A program made the translations under genes and the position numbers. Positions 51,391 to 64,000 of a DNA stretch of 64,000 nucleotides are shown here, in pieces. The notes under the pieces are model-generated. The model worked only from the letters and a program-made list of their open reading frames with translations. It did no database searches and was not told where the DNA came from. Source of the DNA: Octopus sinensis (lineage: Eukaryota); the NCBI RefSeq assembly GCF_006345805.1, contig NC_043004.1:32612001-32676000 (forward strand). The letters are read 5' to 3'. Every line of letters begins with the position of its first letter. The stretch's first letter is position 1.

Positions 51391-52340
51391 CTATCGTGTG
51401 TGTATGTCTATCTACTTCTCTCTTTCTCTTCACACCCACACTCACACACACATACATACACACATATATAAATATATATATACACGCGCTCAATCGCTCA
51501 TGGACATATCGTCAATATATAAAATAAAGCAGGTGAACGTTATGTGACTTCCCGTCCATATATTTATTCCTCTTTTCTCTCGCTCTCTCTCTCTCTCTCT
51601 CCTCTGTGTTTATCACACACACACACATACAGTACCGTGGTTTCTCTTCCACCCTCTCTTCTGTTTACATTCGTTCTGTTTCTTTTCTAAATTCTTTCCT
51701 AATTTCTTCAACCCATTCTCTTTCTATCTGTTTGTCTGCCTCTCTGTCTGTCTCTCTCTCATTTCCCTCTGATTTTCTCTCTTCCAATAGTTACGCCAAA
51801 TATTCCTCTAATATCATTCCATCTCTCTTTCCAGACTCTCTTCTCTTTCTCTCATCCATCTCTCTATTCTTTTCTCTCTTCCCTCTGTCTATCACTCCAT
51901 ACTCAACCTCTCTCTCTCGTTCTCTCTCTTACATCCACGTTTCTCTTCAAATCGTCTTCCGGGACCCATAAAAATTTGAGTTTTATTCGAAATTCTCATC
52001 TTACTTCAATTTCCCCATCACCATCACACTCTTTGTCTTTCACCACCATCCCCCTTTCTCTCTGTCTGTATCTGTCTATCTATCTGTCTCTGTCAATCTC
52101 TTCCTTTCTCTCTGGATGTCCATCTATATCTCTGTCAGTTTGTCCCGTTCTCTGTGCTTTTCTCCCTCCCTCCCCCTCCCTCTCTCTCTATCTGTATGTC
52201 TCTCTCTATCAGTCTGCCCCTTTCTCTCTGTGCCTGTTGCTCTCTCCCCCTCTCTCTCTCTCTCCATTTTCCTGACTTGGGCTGGTCTTCTATTTTCTCT
52301 CTTAAATCCAAGAAATCGTGGGTAAAGAATTTAAATGGGT

Positions 52341-52380
<40 letters not shown>
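50720..52380. repeat. Long CT-rich polypyrimidine low-complexity region with embedded microsatellites
   Basis: Direct inspection. Confidence 0.8.
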
Positions 52381-52752
52381 CGATGGGGGTGGGGAGTATG
52401 TCGTATCAAAATACTGGACACGTGACTAGTCACGTTCGCAAACTCACATGTTTATATATACATGTATATATGCTATACGTGTATGTATATACATGCATAC
52501 ATGTTCCTGTATTCGTGAACATGTATATACACATGTATATATACGTATACAATATATTTGCAAAAAAATAAAGACGGGATGGTCACAGCTGGATTGTTTT
52601 TGATCACAGGTTTGCTTCATTATCGCTGACCCGTGCTGAATAGCATAGTTCCTCTTATACCTTGTGTACCAGTAATATACTATGTCAATCAATTACTTTA
52701 ATATTGTTTCATAAAGATTGGTCGTGTGTCTTTGCGATTCAACACACACACA

Positions 52753-52796
<44 letters not shown>

Positions 52797-53045
52797 CTCT
52801 ATCTCACACACACACTCTCTCTCTCTATCTCACACACATAACCACACGCGAAAGATAAACTTTACATAACCTACCAACCCAAGTCTATAAAATCTCCCAG
52901 CAAGATGTGTGTATATCTACGCGTATATATGTATGTATATGTGTGTACGTGTCTGTGAGTGCACTGCGCATATGTGCATATGTGTGCGTGTATGTATGTG
53001 TATTGTATTTACGTAACTATATATGTTTGTGTGTAGTTCTATGTA

Positions 53046-53257
53046 CGAGGGTGTGCTGAAAAGTTCCTGGCTTCGGATAAAAGGAAATACAAGTGGATAA
53101 GTTAATTATGGTTTTATCCAACATATTTCCCTCCCAGGTTCACTTATTGCAGCGGCCCTTCAGTTTTTCTAAGCCCTGTAAAAGAACTTAAACGGTCGGG
53201 CCTCCAACAGGCCTTTCGCTACACCTTTAAAGCCAAGAACTCTTCATCACCCCTTCG
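53046..53257 (-). mobile_element. Mariner-derived MITE with TA TSD
   Basis: TA|cgagggtgtgctgaaaagttcctggctt ... aagccaagaactcttcatcaccccttcg|TA; interior minus strand QGLEKLKGRCNK..GKYVG* resembles a mariner transposase C-terminus. Confidence 0.88.
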
Positions 53258-54332
53258 TATGTATATATGTAAGATTGGTTTATGCTGTTTCGTCCCAAGC
53301 CATTCTGACAGAACAAATCACTGGCCAGAGACGTTCCAGCCAAAGCCATCGCGTTTTATTTATTTGTTTGTAATAATTTCAGTTATTCAGTTCGACCGAT
53401 CTACATCACTAGGATATGATTCGAGGGAGATTTGGCTGCTATTTCTACGACCACCTAGATATTCTCTGTTTTGTTGGTGCATTATCGATTAGTGTTGTTT
53501 TTGCTCCAGTCCAACCCTCCCATCAAGTAGCCCTCTGGTCAAAAGACCTTCCTATTGTGACCACCTCATCTTATTTACACTAATAGTAGGTACTTGTTAG
53601 TACCCTAATAGTATTTCTAAAACCACCGCATCTTCTCTTCACGCACACACTATATCTCCATTACGGTAGTAAGGGTGTATTTTGAGGGATGTTTAGCTGT
53701 TATTTCTAACAGAGGTTGCGATTGCGAAGAGGCTTCCCCGACCTTTTACAGTATCCTATGTTTTTCAATGTTAAATTTTCGAAGGACATTAAAAGGAACT
53801 AGCTTTATCCAGCGATCGAAACCGTTAAGCCAACTCAGCTATTTTATGCCTGTTTTGAAATATTTATTCCTTACATAAGAACAGAGAATCATAACGTCTT
53901 GGCAAAGTCGTTAGAGCTTAGTATGAGAAGGGAGACGGGGGGGAGCCGGTATAACTACAGATTGATGCCCCTTTTCCGAGTTTGTTTCCTTATAACCATA
54001 GGCTCGGGTACAGGGTTGCAAGCGTCCACCCTCGCCTAAATTTCTTTTGGTGGTGGTGGTGGTGGTGTTGCGTGTTGGGGCAATGAAAACGTTTTGAGCA
54101 TCGTAAAACGAACGAGCGTAGATACATTTTTTGGAAGGATTTGAAGCATTACTTTTCCATTATAAAATTTATCTGATTTGATTGATAAACAAATATAATA
54201 ATGCTTTCAAATTTTGGCACATGGCCAGCAATTTCGGGGAGAGGATGAGTCGATTATATTGACCTCAGTGCGCAACTGGTACTTATTTTATTGACCCCAT
54301 ACGGATGAAAAGCAAAGTCGACCTCGACGGAA

Positions 54333-54751
54333 TACTCTTACTCTTTTTACTCTTTTACTTGTTTCAGTCATTTGACTGCGGCCATGCTGGAGCACCGCCT
54401 TTAATCGAGCAACTCGACCCCGGGACTTATTCTTTTGTAAGCCCAGTACTTATTCGGTCTCTTTTGCCGAACCGCTAAGTAACGGGGACATAAGCACAGC
54501 AGCATCGGTTGTCAAGCAATGCTAGGGGGACAAACACAGACACACAAACACACACACGCATATATATATATATATATATACATATATACGATAGGTTTCT
54601 TTCAGTTTCCGTCTACCAAATCCACTCACAAGGCTTTGGTCGGCCCGAGGCTATAGTAGAAGACACTTGCCCAAGGTGCCACGCAGTGGGACTGAACCCG
54701 GAACTATGTGGTTGGTAAACAAGCTACTTACCACACAGCCACTCCTGCGCC
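54333..54751 (-). mobile_element. Full-length SINE family A
   Basis: Reverse complement of the family, from tactctttt tail to cctgcgcc head. Confidence 0.92.
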
Positions 54752-54781
54752 TATGTACAAATATGCGGAATGTACAAATAT

Positions 54782-54846
<65 letters not shown>

Positions 54847-55497
54847 TATACCTGTGTTTGTTTTGATATTAAGATTGAAAAAAATCGATCGTGTTTCTAC
54901 AAAGTCTTTAACTTGGGTTTCCAACCCTAAGCAAATTTCGCTCCCACACTTATGCTCATAACTTTCTGAAAAATGTATACTTTTTTAATGAAATTGTGCA
55001 AAGACGTTTTCGAGATTGTAGTTTACGATTGCATTGATAGAATTTAATAATAATAACGTTTTAGGAGTTTTGGATCGTTTATCCTTTCTTAATTTTGTTG
55101 GTGCCAAGGTCCATATTTTATCATTTAAAGAATTAAAATAAAAAAAAAATAAAAGAAAACTACTTTTTGTTGTGTTGCAGAATCGTAATTTCTATTGTTG
55201 AAAACATGAGTCCGAAGAAATTTCTGATAAAAAAAAAAAAAGAGATTCAATACGGCTGGGCCGAATAATATATTTACACTTGCAGTTTATGATCATAAAC
55301 CGAAAGAATGAAATAAGGAAGAACAAAAAGCACATTGGAAAATACTCCCCAGGTGCCGATCCATAAGACTTGGAAGGGCAGAAAATGTCAGAAATAGAAT
55401 GCCTGACGAAATGTCTTTCAGAATGGAATAATTCAGTTGTAATCCCGCTTGAAGGCGGTGGGAGGGCAGGGAAGGTTCATAGTATAAGAAGGTACTT

Positions 55498-55665
55498 AGG
55501 CCCCCAATGTCTACGGCGTTCGTCGCTGGAATAAGGAGTGGTTGGAGATCACGCGGTCGTTAGCCTCAAATCGCCAGGTCTGGTCGGCGTTTGTGAGAGA
55601 TGCAGCATTGAGAATAAATGAAGCCAGCTCAACCCACCCCGCGTGAATGCTATCTCAAGAAGAAG
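55498..55665 (+). mobile_element. 5'-truncated RTE LINE 3' end with (AAG)n tail and 12-bp TSD
   Basis: VYGVRRWNKEWLEITRSLASNRQVWSAFVRDAALRINEASSTHPA*; TSD aagaaggtactt at 55486-55497 and 55666-55677. Confidence 0.85.
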
Positions 55666-57477
55666 AAGAAGGTACTTGATAAAGAGCGGAAGGTCTGACC
55701 CCCTCCCCTCAGATTTGTGGCTATGTTGTGTATTATTATCATCATTTAACATCTACTTTTCCATGCTTGTATGTGTTTGACGGAATATGTCGAGGCAGCT
55801 TTTCTACGCCCTTCATGTGGTCAGTCTTAACTTATTTCTAAGCAAGGTAATTTCCCCACGGCCGGACATAATTTTCATTAAAGACTTGAAATGAACAACA
55901 TCGTTTATAGGACGGTAATGCTCATTTACAACCATCACGTGACGCCAAGACAAGGATTCCCACCAACGCGATAGGCTTCCTTCAGTTTCTGTCAACCATG
56001 TCTACTCACAAGGCTTTGCGGCCTGCGATGATAATAGTTGCCCAAGGTGCTGTACATTGGAACTGAACTTAAGAACATATGGTTGCAAGGCAAATTTCTT
56101 AACTACACAGCCACGCTTGTATATGAGTGTGTGAGGGAGATTCATAATGTCTTACTTTAGATTTGTAATGAAAGATCTTTCTAGCTATCACCATTCCGTC
56201 TTTAGAAACAGTTTATTTTGTTGAGGTAGATGAGAGGTAAGACAAAATTAGTTGGGGCCAAATCCTGTGAAGTACCAACAACTAGAACAGCACGTTGCAT
56301 TTAGTTTCGTATTTACCGCCATGATGGTAGAGCGCTGGAGTAAACCTGTTGTCACAGTATATAGTTATATACACGTCGTTTAGTGTCGTAGCTTGGTGTT
56401 TGGCCACACCTTTCGTTACACATACCTACCATCGAGTACAACAGACACGTGTGTATAAAATGACCACACTGTGCGATCCACAGACATGCTACGCCACTGC
56501 ATTTTTTTCTGTCTAAACTCTACGAGATATGATTTTCGTATCTTACCTTCTGTATAAGCAACAAAACAAATACCAAATATTAAGGGCAAAGACTGGGATT
56601 ATTTTGAGTGCGTACTGTACTCTATTAAAACAGAGTAGGGTAGACTTTTCTGCAGTGCACCGGGTCGTGGCCATTGTACTGCCTCGCTTTAAGAGTTTTT
56701 AATTCTAAATTGTTCTTGAACTCCAGATTAGCCCTGAACAAGCAGTACGTTTACCAGTCGGCTGAACTTCAGAATTGTTCCAGGCGTAACCAACCCGTCA
56801 TTTGTTTTTGACACAATGTATCTAGGATTTCATTATCTGGTGTGTCCTGTGTATTTTTTTTTCAAGACCGTAGGGTGTGGTTTCGGAAGAGATTTGTCAG
56901 CTAATTCTACCAGATCGAGGGACTGCATATAGGTAACGTGTTGATGCTGCTTTCATTTGACTATATACTACCGAAGAAAGCATGAACACCACCACATCCG
57001 CTACATTGTCGTTTATCCTGCAAGAAACGACAGAAAGAATCAGGTGGCCCTCTGGTTGAGTACTTCACATTTGTCACTCAAGATCTTCACCTTGATCTCG
57101 TTAGCTAATATGTCTGGGGGAAAATATGACAGGATGGTCATTGGATGGAACGCCTTTAATCACTGACTTGCTCAATGATAATTTACCCACAGCTAAACAA
57201 CAACAACATCAACAACTGTCAGATGTTTGTAGAGTTTTGTCCCGGTGGTGACATCCAGTTTTGTCACGTCGTGTAAATATCAGAGGTGACACCAGAGTCG
57301 TTAGCCGTTGGCGTTGGAAGTGGTGAAGTGGAGGCTGTGATGTTCATGCCCTTCCCCACAACATTCAAGTGGAATCGTAACAGAAAACAACTCTATCATG
57401 TCGTTTTAGATCCGAAATAACTGTTTCACTCTCACACCTGTACAAACAGACACATTCCTGTAGACAGATCCACTCAA

Positions 57478-57513
<36 letters not shown>

Positions 57514-57540
57514 GTATGTATATATATATATACACACACG

Positions 57541-57576
<36 letters not shown>

Positions 57577-57884
57577 CACACAATCATGTGGACACATATA
57601 TACAAACTTAGACATATACGTAAGCACAAAAACAGATGCACCCACGTGTGCTCACAAACACATACGTACACACCTGTACAAACACACAGAACGACAAAGC
57701 CAGTCTCTCATGCGCCCGCACACACACAGGTAGGCACATACATGCGTACATACGTACACAATCACATGAAAACTCTCGGGGACGCGTGTAGACAGACACA
57801 TAGGTATGCACACACACACACGTCATAAGCATAGTTACACACTACACACACACACACACACACAACACACACACACACATATAT

Positions 57885-58065
57885 GTGCAGGAGTGGCTGT
57901 GTGGTAAGTAGCTTGCTAACCAACCACATGGTTCCGGGTTCAGTCCCACTGCGTGGCATCTTGGGCAAGTGTCTTCTGCTATAGCCCCGGGCCGACCAAT
58001 GCCTTGTGAGTGGATTTGGTAGACGGAAACTGAAAGAAGCCTGTCGTATATATGTATATATATAT

Positions 58066-58122
<57 letters not shown>

Positions 58123-58325
58123 TGTGTGTCTGTGTTTGTCCCCCTAGCATTGCTTGACAACCGATGCTGGTGTGTTTACGTCCCCGTCACTTAGCGGTTC
58201 GGCAAAGGAGAACCGATAGAATAAGTACTGGGCTTACAAAGAATAAGTCCCGGGGTCGATTTGCTCGACTAAAGGCGGTGCTCCAGCATGGCCGCAGTCA
58301 AATGACTGAAACAAGTAAAAGAGTA
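57885..58325 (+). mobile_element. Full-length SINE family A
   Basis: Near-identical to 3142-3541. Confidence 0.92.
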
Positions 58326-58410
58326 TATATTCATGTACAGAGGCGAGAGAGAAACGCGTACATAGACTCATGCATCAACACATATACACTTAGGCACATT
58401 CATACACGTA

Positions 58411-58449
<39 letters not shown>

Positions 58450-58917
58450 TACTAAGACTAACACAGGTACACTGTTCACACAAGCACATCACGTAGCCGC
58501 ATGTATACACCTAGACTCACGTACACACACACGTCAGCACTGACATACGTACAGTCACACATATTTTATAATTGTGTGTGTGTGTATATAATCTCGCATA
58601 CAAGCTGTAGAGAAAGTTTAGCTGTATGTATGTATGTATGTATGTGGTTGGAGGTTGGATGGGTATATATGCGTGTGTCTGTATAATGTAGACAGTTTCA
58701 TATGATTTTAATTAATGTCTGTTTTTATTCCTGCTGAAATTATATTTATATAAATGATTATCTTAGTACACACACGTGTAATTCACCAATATGTATACAC
58801 ACACACACACACACACACATACATACATATATATATATATATATGTATATGTATGTATGTATGTATGTATATATATATGTATGTATATATATATATGTAT
58901 GTATATATATATGTATG

Positions 58918-58957
<40 letters not shown>

Positions 58958-59007
58958 TGTATGTATATATATATATATGTATATATATATATGTATATGT
59001 ATGTATG

Positions 59008-59038
<31 letters not shown>

Positions 59039-59323
59039 GTTCTTTTGTAATTTATGATAATTGGCAGAAGTTAAAGAGTGACTCAAGGGCTCGGAGTTTC
59101 GTGCATAAGCATTTATCAAACTCTTGGCACTTGAGTCACTTCTGTGTGTCTTCTGCTGATTATTTATAAAACACACACACACACACACACACAGACATAT
59201 GTCTATCTGTTTACTTAGACTAATTTTTAATTAGTAGTTGAGTATTTTCTTCAGTAAATAGATGTGTTGATTAAATGAATTAAAATGTGTCTGGTGAGAT
59301 TGACATTTGTCTAGCAATAGTTG

Positions 59324-59371
<48 letters not shown>

Positions 59372-59605
59372 CACACACATTATATGTGCATATGAGTATA
59401 TATGTATATGTACCTATGTATGTATACAAGTGTCTATTAATATATACATGATTTGATTGCTGTATTACAGCGTTTTAGCTCTTATTTCTAGTAATGTAGG
59501 TGTTTCTAACACTCTTAGTTATATTTAATGACAATTATAGCTCACCATTTTGGTAAAACATTGCACATCACTGCCTATATTAATTGTATGTATGTACGTA
59601 TGTAT

Positions 59606-60113
59606 GTGGCACCATATGAACGTGATCGTTGATAGAGCAGCTAACCGGCTTCCGTGCCAGTGGCACATAAAAGGCACCATTCGTGTGTGATCGTTACCAG
59701 CCTCACCTTACTAGCACTTGTGCCCGTGTTAGTAGGGTGCCAAGAGCACCATCCGAGCGTGATCGTTGCCAGAGCAGCCAACTGGCTCTGTGCCGGTGGC
59801 ACGTATAAGGGCACCATTCGAGTGTGATCGTTACCAGCGTCGCCATATTGGCACCTGTGCTGGTGGCATGTGTAAAAAGATTCGAGCGAGGTCATTGCCA
59901 GTACCGCCTGACTGGTCCCCGTGCCGGTGGCACGTAAAAACCACCCACTACACTCTCGGAGTGGTTGGCATTAGGAAGGGCATCCAGCTGGAGAAACTCT
60001 GCCAGATCAGATTGGAGCCTGGTGCAGCCATCTGGTTCGCCAGCCCTCAGTCATTCGTTCAACCCATGCTAGCCTGGAAAGCGGACGTTAAATGATGATG
60101 ATGATGATGATGA
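59606..60113 (+). mobile_element. SINE family C with five ~65-72-bp internal tandem subunits and (ATG)n tail
   Basis: gtgatcgtt-type motif near 59622, 59687, 59759, 59823 and 59889; 3' ggaagggcatccagctg..cggacgttaaatgatgatg. Confidence 0.85.
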
Positions 60114-60321
60114 AATATATAATTCCAAGAGAGAGGTTGTGAATCCAACCAACTAAGGGATGATATCTATCCAATATACTGCTGGTAGAATACCTAATTA
60201 ATACACAAGTGTTGGTTATTGTGTTGCAATTACACTACTGAGTATAATAATTAGGCGAGTGTAATGAGTGGTTTTACCCTTAATTTATATGACAAGAAGA
60301 AAATGGGGATTCAGAGGTAGT

Positions 60322-60365
60322 ATGTGTAAAGATAGTGTTTTATGTAAAACACTATCTTTACACAT
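60322..60365. repeat. Perfect 21-bp-arm palindrome, 2-nt spacer
   Basis: atgtgtaaagatagtgtttta-tg-taaaacactatctttacacat. Confidence 0.95.
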
Positions 60366-60437
60366 GTATATATATTCTCAGGATTGTTCAAAATAAATAG
60401 ACATATACTACCTCCATTTTCTTATTGCCATATATAT

Positions 60438-60483
<46 letters not shown>

Positions 60484-60484
60484 A

Positions 60485-63150
60485 CACATGAGATTTAGAG
60501 ATGCACTAGTTGAAGCATGTATAAGACAGCTGAAGAGATATAAGGTAGAATAGAATTGGAGGTTCCTTAGAGACAACCAGCCAAGGAGCAATACACTTAA
60601 TTTGTTCCAGTCGGAATGGGAAAGTAGACGAACCATAAAAGTGAAGAGACAGGCTTGGAATGACTGGATGAATGAAGGTGTCAGAAAATTATACCAGGTA
60701 TCTAGAAGAGAAGCGAGACAAGAAGTTTACATAGCAGAGGGAGAAACGAAAAGGAAGAGGTTTGCCAACTTCTGTGGCATGGAAATTAGAAGTGTAAGGT
60801 CTTTTGGATTGCAAGAGGGTGTATCAGAGAGAATTGATATGTTGAGATGGAGATGTGTGTACGGAAGGATAATGGTACATTTGTACTTAGTGAGGTTGAA
60901 AAGAAAGAGGCATAGATGTGCTATGGTGAAAGGCTATTAAATGTGAAGAATGCATGGGAGAAAGAGGGTCTTCCTAATGGGGATGCAACAGTAGGGACCA
61001 GCTATTCTAGCTGATAGCTGTGTGATAGGTAAGGCGATTAAGGATGCAAAAGCAGGGAAAGCCTCTGGTCTATGAAGAACCATCACTGGCAAAATATATG
61101 AGCTAATCACCCTTATAGTTAATGAGTTTGTTCAGGAAGGTGTCATACCCAGTGATGGCTGTAGCAGCATTTTAATCTGCTTTTAGAAGGGTAAGAGAGA
61201 TGCTGTACACAGAAATAATTACAGAGGTATCAAATTGCTGAATCAGGACACAAAATTTACAGAAAGAGCTGCTACAGCATAATTAATTAGGAAGAGAATT
61301 AGGTTAGATGAGATGCAGTTTGGTTTAGTTTCGGGGAGAAGTACTACTGATTCCGTCTTTGTAGTAAGGTAACTGTTAAAGGTGAGCTGTTATACTTAGT
61401 CTTTGTTCACTTGGCGAAAGCCTTCAACAGGGTCCTTTGTTTTATGGTCTGGTGTTGTTGAGGAAGCTAGGAGTTGATGAATGACCATACAAGTCATGGA
61501 CAAAGGTGCTGTCAATTAGGTGAGAATCAGCAATGAATTTAGTGTGCAGGTAGGAGTGTGTCAAAATTCAGTCCTCAGTCCCCTCTTATTCTTCATTGTC
61601 CTCCAAGTCGTAACACAGGAAATTTCATATCATGTACCTAGTCCAAACTATGGACACACAAGATGTGCATTGGAGTCACAGGAAGGTTTCAAATTTTGGC
61701 AGAAGTCTAGCAAGTTAGGGAGAGGCAGTAATAAGTTGATTACATCGACCCCAGTGCATAACTGGTACTTATTTTATCAACCCTGAATGGATGAAAGGCA
61801 AAGTCACCCTTGGTGGAATTGAATCCAGAATGCAAAGACAGCTGAAATGCCACTAAGCATTTTGCCCAATATGCTAATGAGTCTGCCTGAATCTGCCTGC
61901 TTGCTGCCTTAAGTCATTGGAAGGTTAACTGAAAGGACCTATTGTATGTGTCAGATGTGCTGGAGCAATAAACTCTAAGAACAGATGGGAAAAGAGATTT
62001 CCTTAAATGCTAAGCGATATTCCTAGAGATAGCAGATAATTTCTGTTACTTAAACAATGCTATTAACAATGGAAGAGGATCTTCTGAAGGGATGAAATAA
62101 AAAGATCAAAGGTCATTCCCGAGCCAGAAGATCATAAGGCCAGTTTCCTCTATTCTGTGACATATAAATTCCCTCCTTGACTGGAGCACTGGTTCATCAT
62201 AGAATTGCTCATTTTGACCAGCTGAGTGAACTGGAACAATGTGAAATATTTTGCACAAGAACACAATGCATCACCCTGTCCAGGTATTGAAACCACAATC
62301 TTCCAGCCACAAGTGCAACACCCTTACCACTAAGCCACAAGCCTTCAAGTTTTAAAAACATAGCTGTTAAAAAAGTTATTATCTCTGTTGTAGCAAAAGG
62401 TCTCCCTTTCTCAAAGTTAGAAGACAAATTATATAATGGTTGTGTATGAACCACAATGTGACATGGTAGAGAAATGATGGCTCTGAATGCAGAGAAAGTG
62501 TGGGAACCAGAGAGAAATGAAACATTCATGGTTTGCTGCATGTGAAATGTCAGTGTACAAAGGTGCTGAGAGTAAAACTATATGGCTCAGAAACCTGGAC
62601 ATTATCAAAGAAGCTTGAGAGGTGGTTGGATGGAGCTTACACTCACCTCCTTATGAGAGCTCAAAATCTCTCATGGAAGCGTCATCCAACCAAAGTACAA
62701 ATATATGGGAAATTACCACCTGTATCATCTCTTGTGAAAGGTAGAAGAGTTCAGTTTGCTGAACATTGTTGTAGAGCTGAAAACGAGGTAATTTCTACTC
62801 TTCTCCTCTGGAAGCCATCTGCTCGCGATACCAGAGGGTGCACACTCTCCTACCCTAATGTAATCTCCAGGGATACAGGCATCCAGCAACAGGACCTACC
62901 TAATGCTATGATGGACCATGAAGTCTGGTGTAACATAGTAAATGCCATTGTTTCAACCACGGTCGAACAATGATGATGATGAAAACAGGGTATTAGAGGA
63001 AGAAGATGTAGGGTATGTGATGCACATTGATGAGGGCAGCTTTATAAAGAAGTGCTGATCGTTTAATATGGATGGAAGCTGTGGAAGATGTGAGACAAAG
63101 TATTGTAAACCAATCTCAGGCTGTTGAGCCCCAAAGAAGATTTTTCGAAG
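60485..63150 (+). pseudogene. Fragmented RTE-clade LINE (RT 60485-61630; C-terminal parts 62430-62578 and 62982-63150)
   Basis: KRQAWNDW..YQVSRREARQEVYIAEGE; GKASG; KGKRDAVHRNNYRGIKLLNQ; LDEMQFGLVSGRSTTDSVF; KAFNRV; VQVGVCQNSVLSPLLFFIVLQ; interrupted by SINEs and a second LINE. Confidence 0.88.
62579..62981 (+). mobile_element. 5'-truncated second LINE family nested in the RTE, (TGA)n tail, 5-bp TSD aaaac
   Basis: Open frame YGSETWTLSKKLERWLDGAYTHLLMRAQNLSWKRHPTK..RRVQFAEHC..VNAIVSTTVEQ*; aaaac at 62574-62578 and 62982-62986; host frame LRVK/QGIRG resumes. Confidence 0.85.
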
Positions 63151-63507
63151 GACCAAAATGATTGGTAGTTCACTGACCATCATGAAAATATTAAATGAAT
63201 GATTCTCTCTTGAAGGATTTGGGAGCAGAAGGAAAGTTGGTGGTGATGGTCAGATTGTGGAAACGGCAATAGTTTGGCTCTGATTTCATGCTGCAAAACC
63301 TGTATTCTTACTTGTTGGGGTAAGGTGGATTGAACACTGGCCTTTGGGAGAGAAAGTTCCTGAGATGTATATCTATAATATATATGTGTATATATACATG
63401 TATGTGTATGTATGTATGCACATGTGTATATTTATATAGGTATATTGGTTTATATATATATTTGTACACACACACATATGTATTTATATATGTGTGTCTG
63501 TGTGTGT

Positions 63508-63660
63508 GTTAGCGTTAGGAAGGGCATCCAGCTGTAAAAAACATTGTCAGATCAGACTGGTGACTGGTGCAGCCTCTTAGCTTTTCAGACCCCAGTCAAA
63601 CCATCCAACCCATGCCAGCATAGAAAACGGATGTTAATCAATGATGATGATGATAATGAT
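63508..63660 (+). mobile_element. 5'-truncated SINE family C
   Basis: gcgttaggaagggcatccagctgtaaaa..ccaacccatgccagcatagaaaacggatgttaatcaatgatgatg. Confidence 0.85.
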
Positions 63661-64000
63661 GTATAATCATAAAGAAGAATGGAGAATTATAGATTTCCAA
63701 AACTCATTTATGGATTGGAATCAAATATGAATTTAAATTAGAATGATACTGTAGCAGACAATTTTACAAGTTGTCTAATTCTCCATTCTCTTTATGATGT
63801 CTTAATTATACACTCTGTATGCCGTATGAAATCCAGTGTAATGAATTCAGGAGTTACCCATCGAGTGAAGTTCCATGTAATTATTTATCTTAAACAATGC
63901 TATAGGCTCTCTATCATTCAATATGGTTAGCCAGATGTGGATTGTATCAGGGTACTAATAGGGTACCTGCCTGGATTCCAAATCCCTATTCACTTTTGTT

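Noticed and set aside
57223-57276. MFVEFCPGGDI resembling a kinase subdomain V
   Set aside because: In-frame stop after 17 codons, no other kinase motifs, and a local degenerate duplication explains the sequence.
63676-63789. 14-bp inverted repeat (agaatggagaatta) with ~86-nt spacer as a MITE
   Set aside because: No TSD, no second copy in the window, low complexity.

Overview
This is AT-rich, microsatellite-saturated non-coding animal DNA. The SINE and RTE families look like those of octopod cephalopods (Octopus sp.); that is recognition from memory, not a database result. There is no intact long ORF, and nearly all ORFs in the track are translations of simple repeats. Content: (i) dozens of tRNA-derived SINEs from at least five families; (ii) decayed RTE-type LINEs, one nested in another; (iii) a decayed hAT (TTF zinc finger/DUF4371-type) transposase, two hAT MITEs with perfect 8-bp TSDs, Tc1/mariner MITEs and Helentron-like non-autonomous elements; (iv) a Penelope-like GIY-YIG remnant. 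The most striking unexplained layer is about ten hammerhead-ribozyme-like motifs from several unrelated repeat families. They include one near-canonical copy (11225-11306), one inside a tRNA-headed SINE (5016-5222) and a family with an atypical CU(G/A)UNGA core. Three head-to-head inverted-repeat structures (31007-31485, 43797-45046, 49436-49545) also carry ribozyme-like sequence pointing outward. A few short, well-flanked candidate exons hint at a host gene with very large introns, but I cannot identify it.
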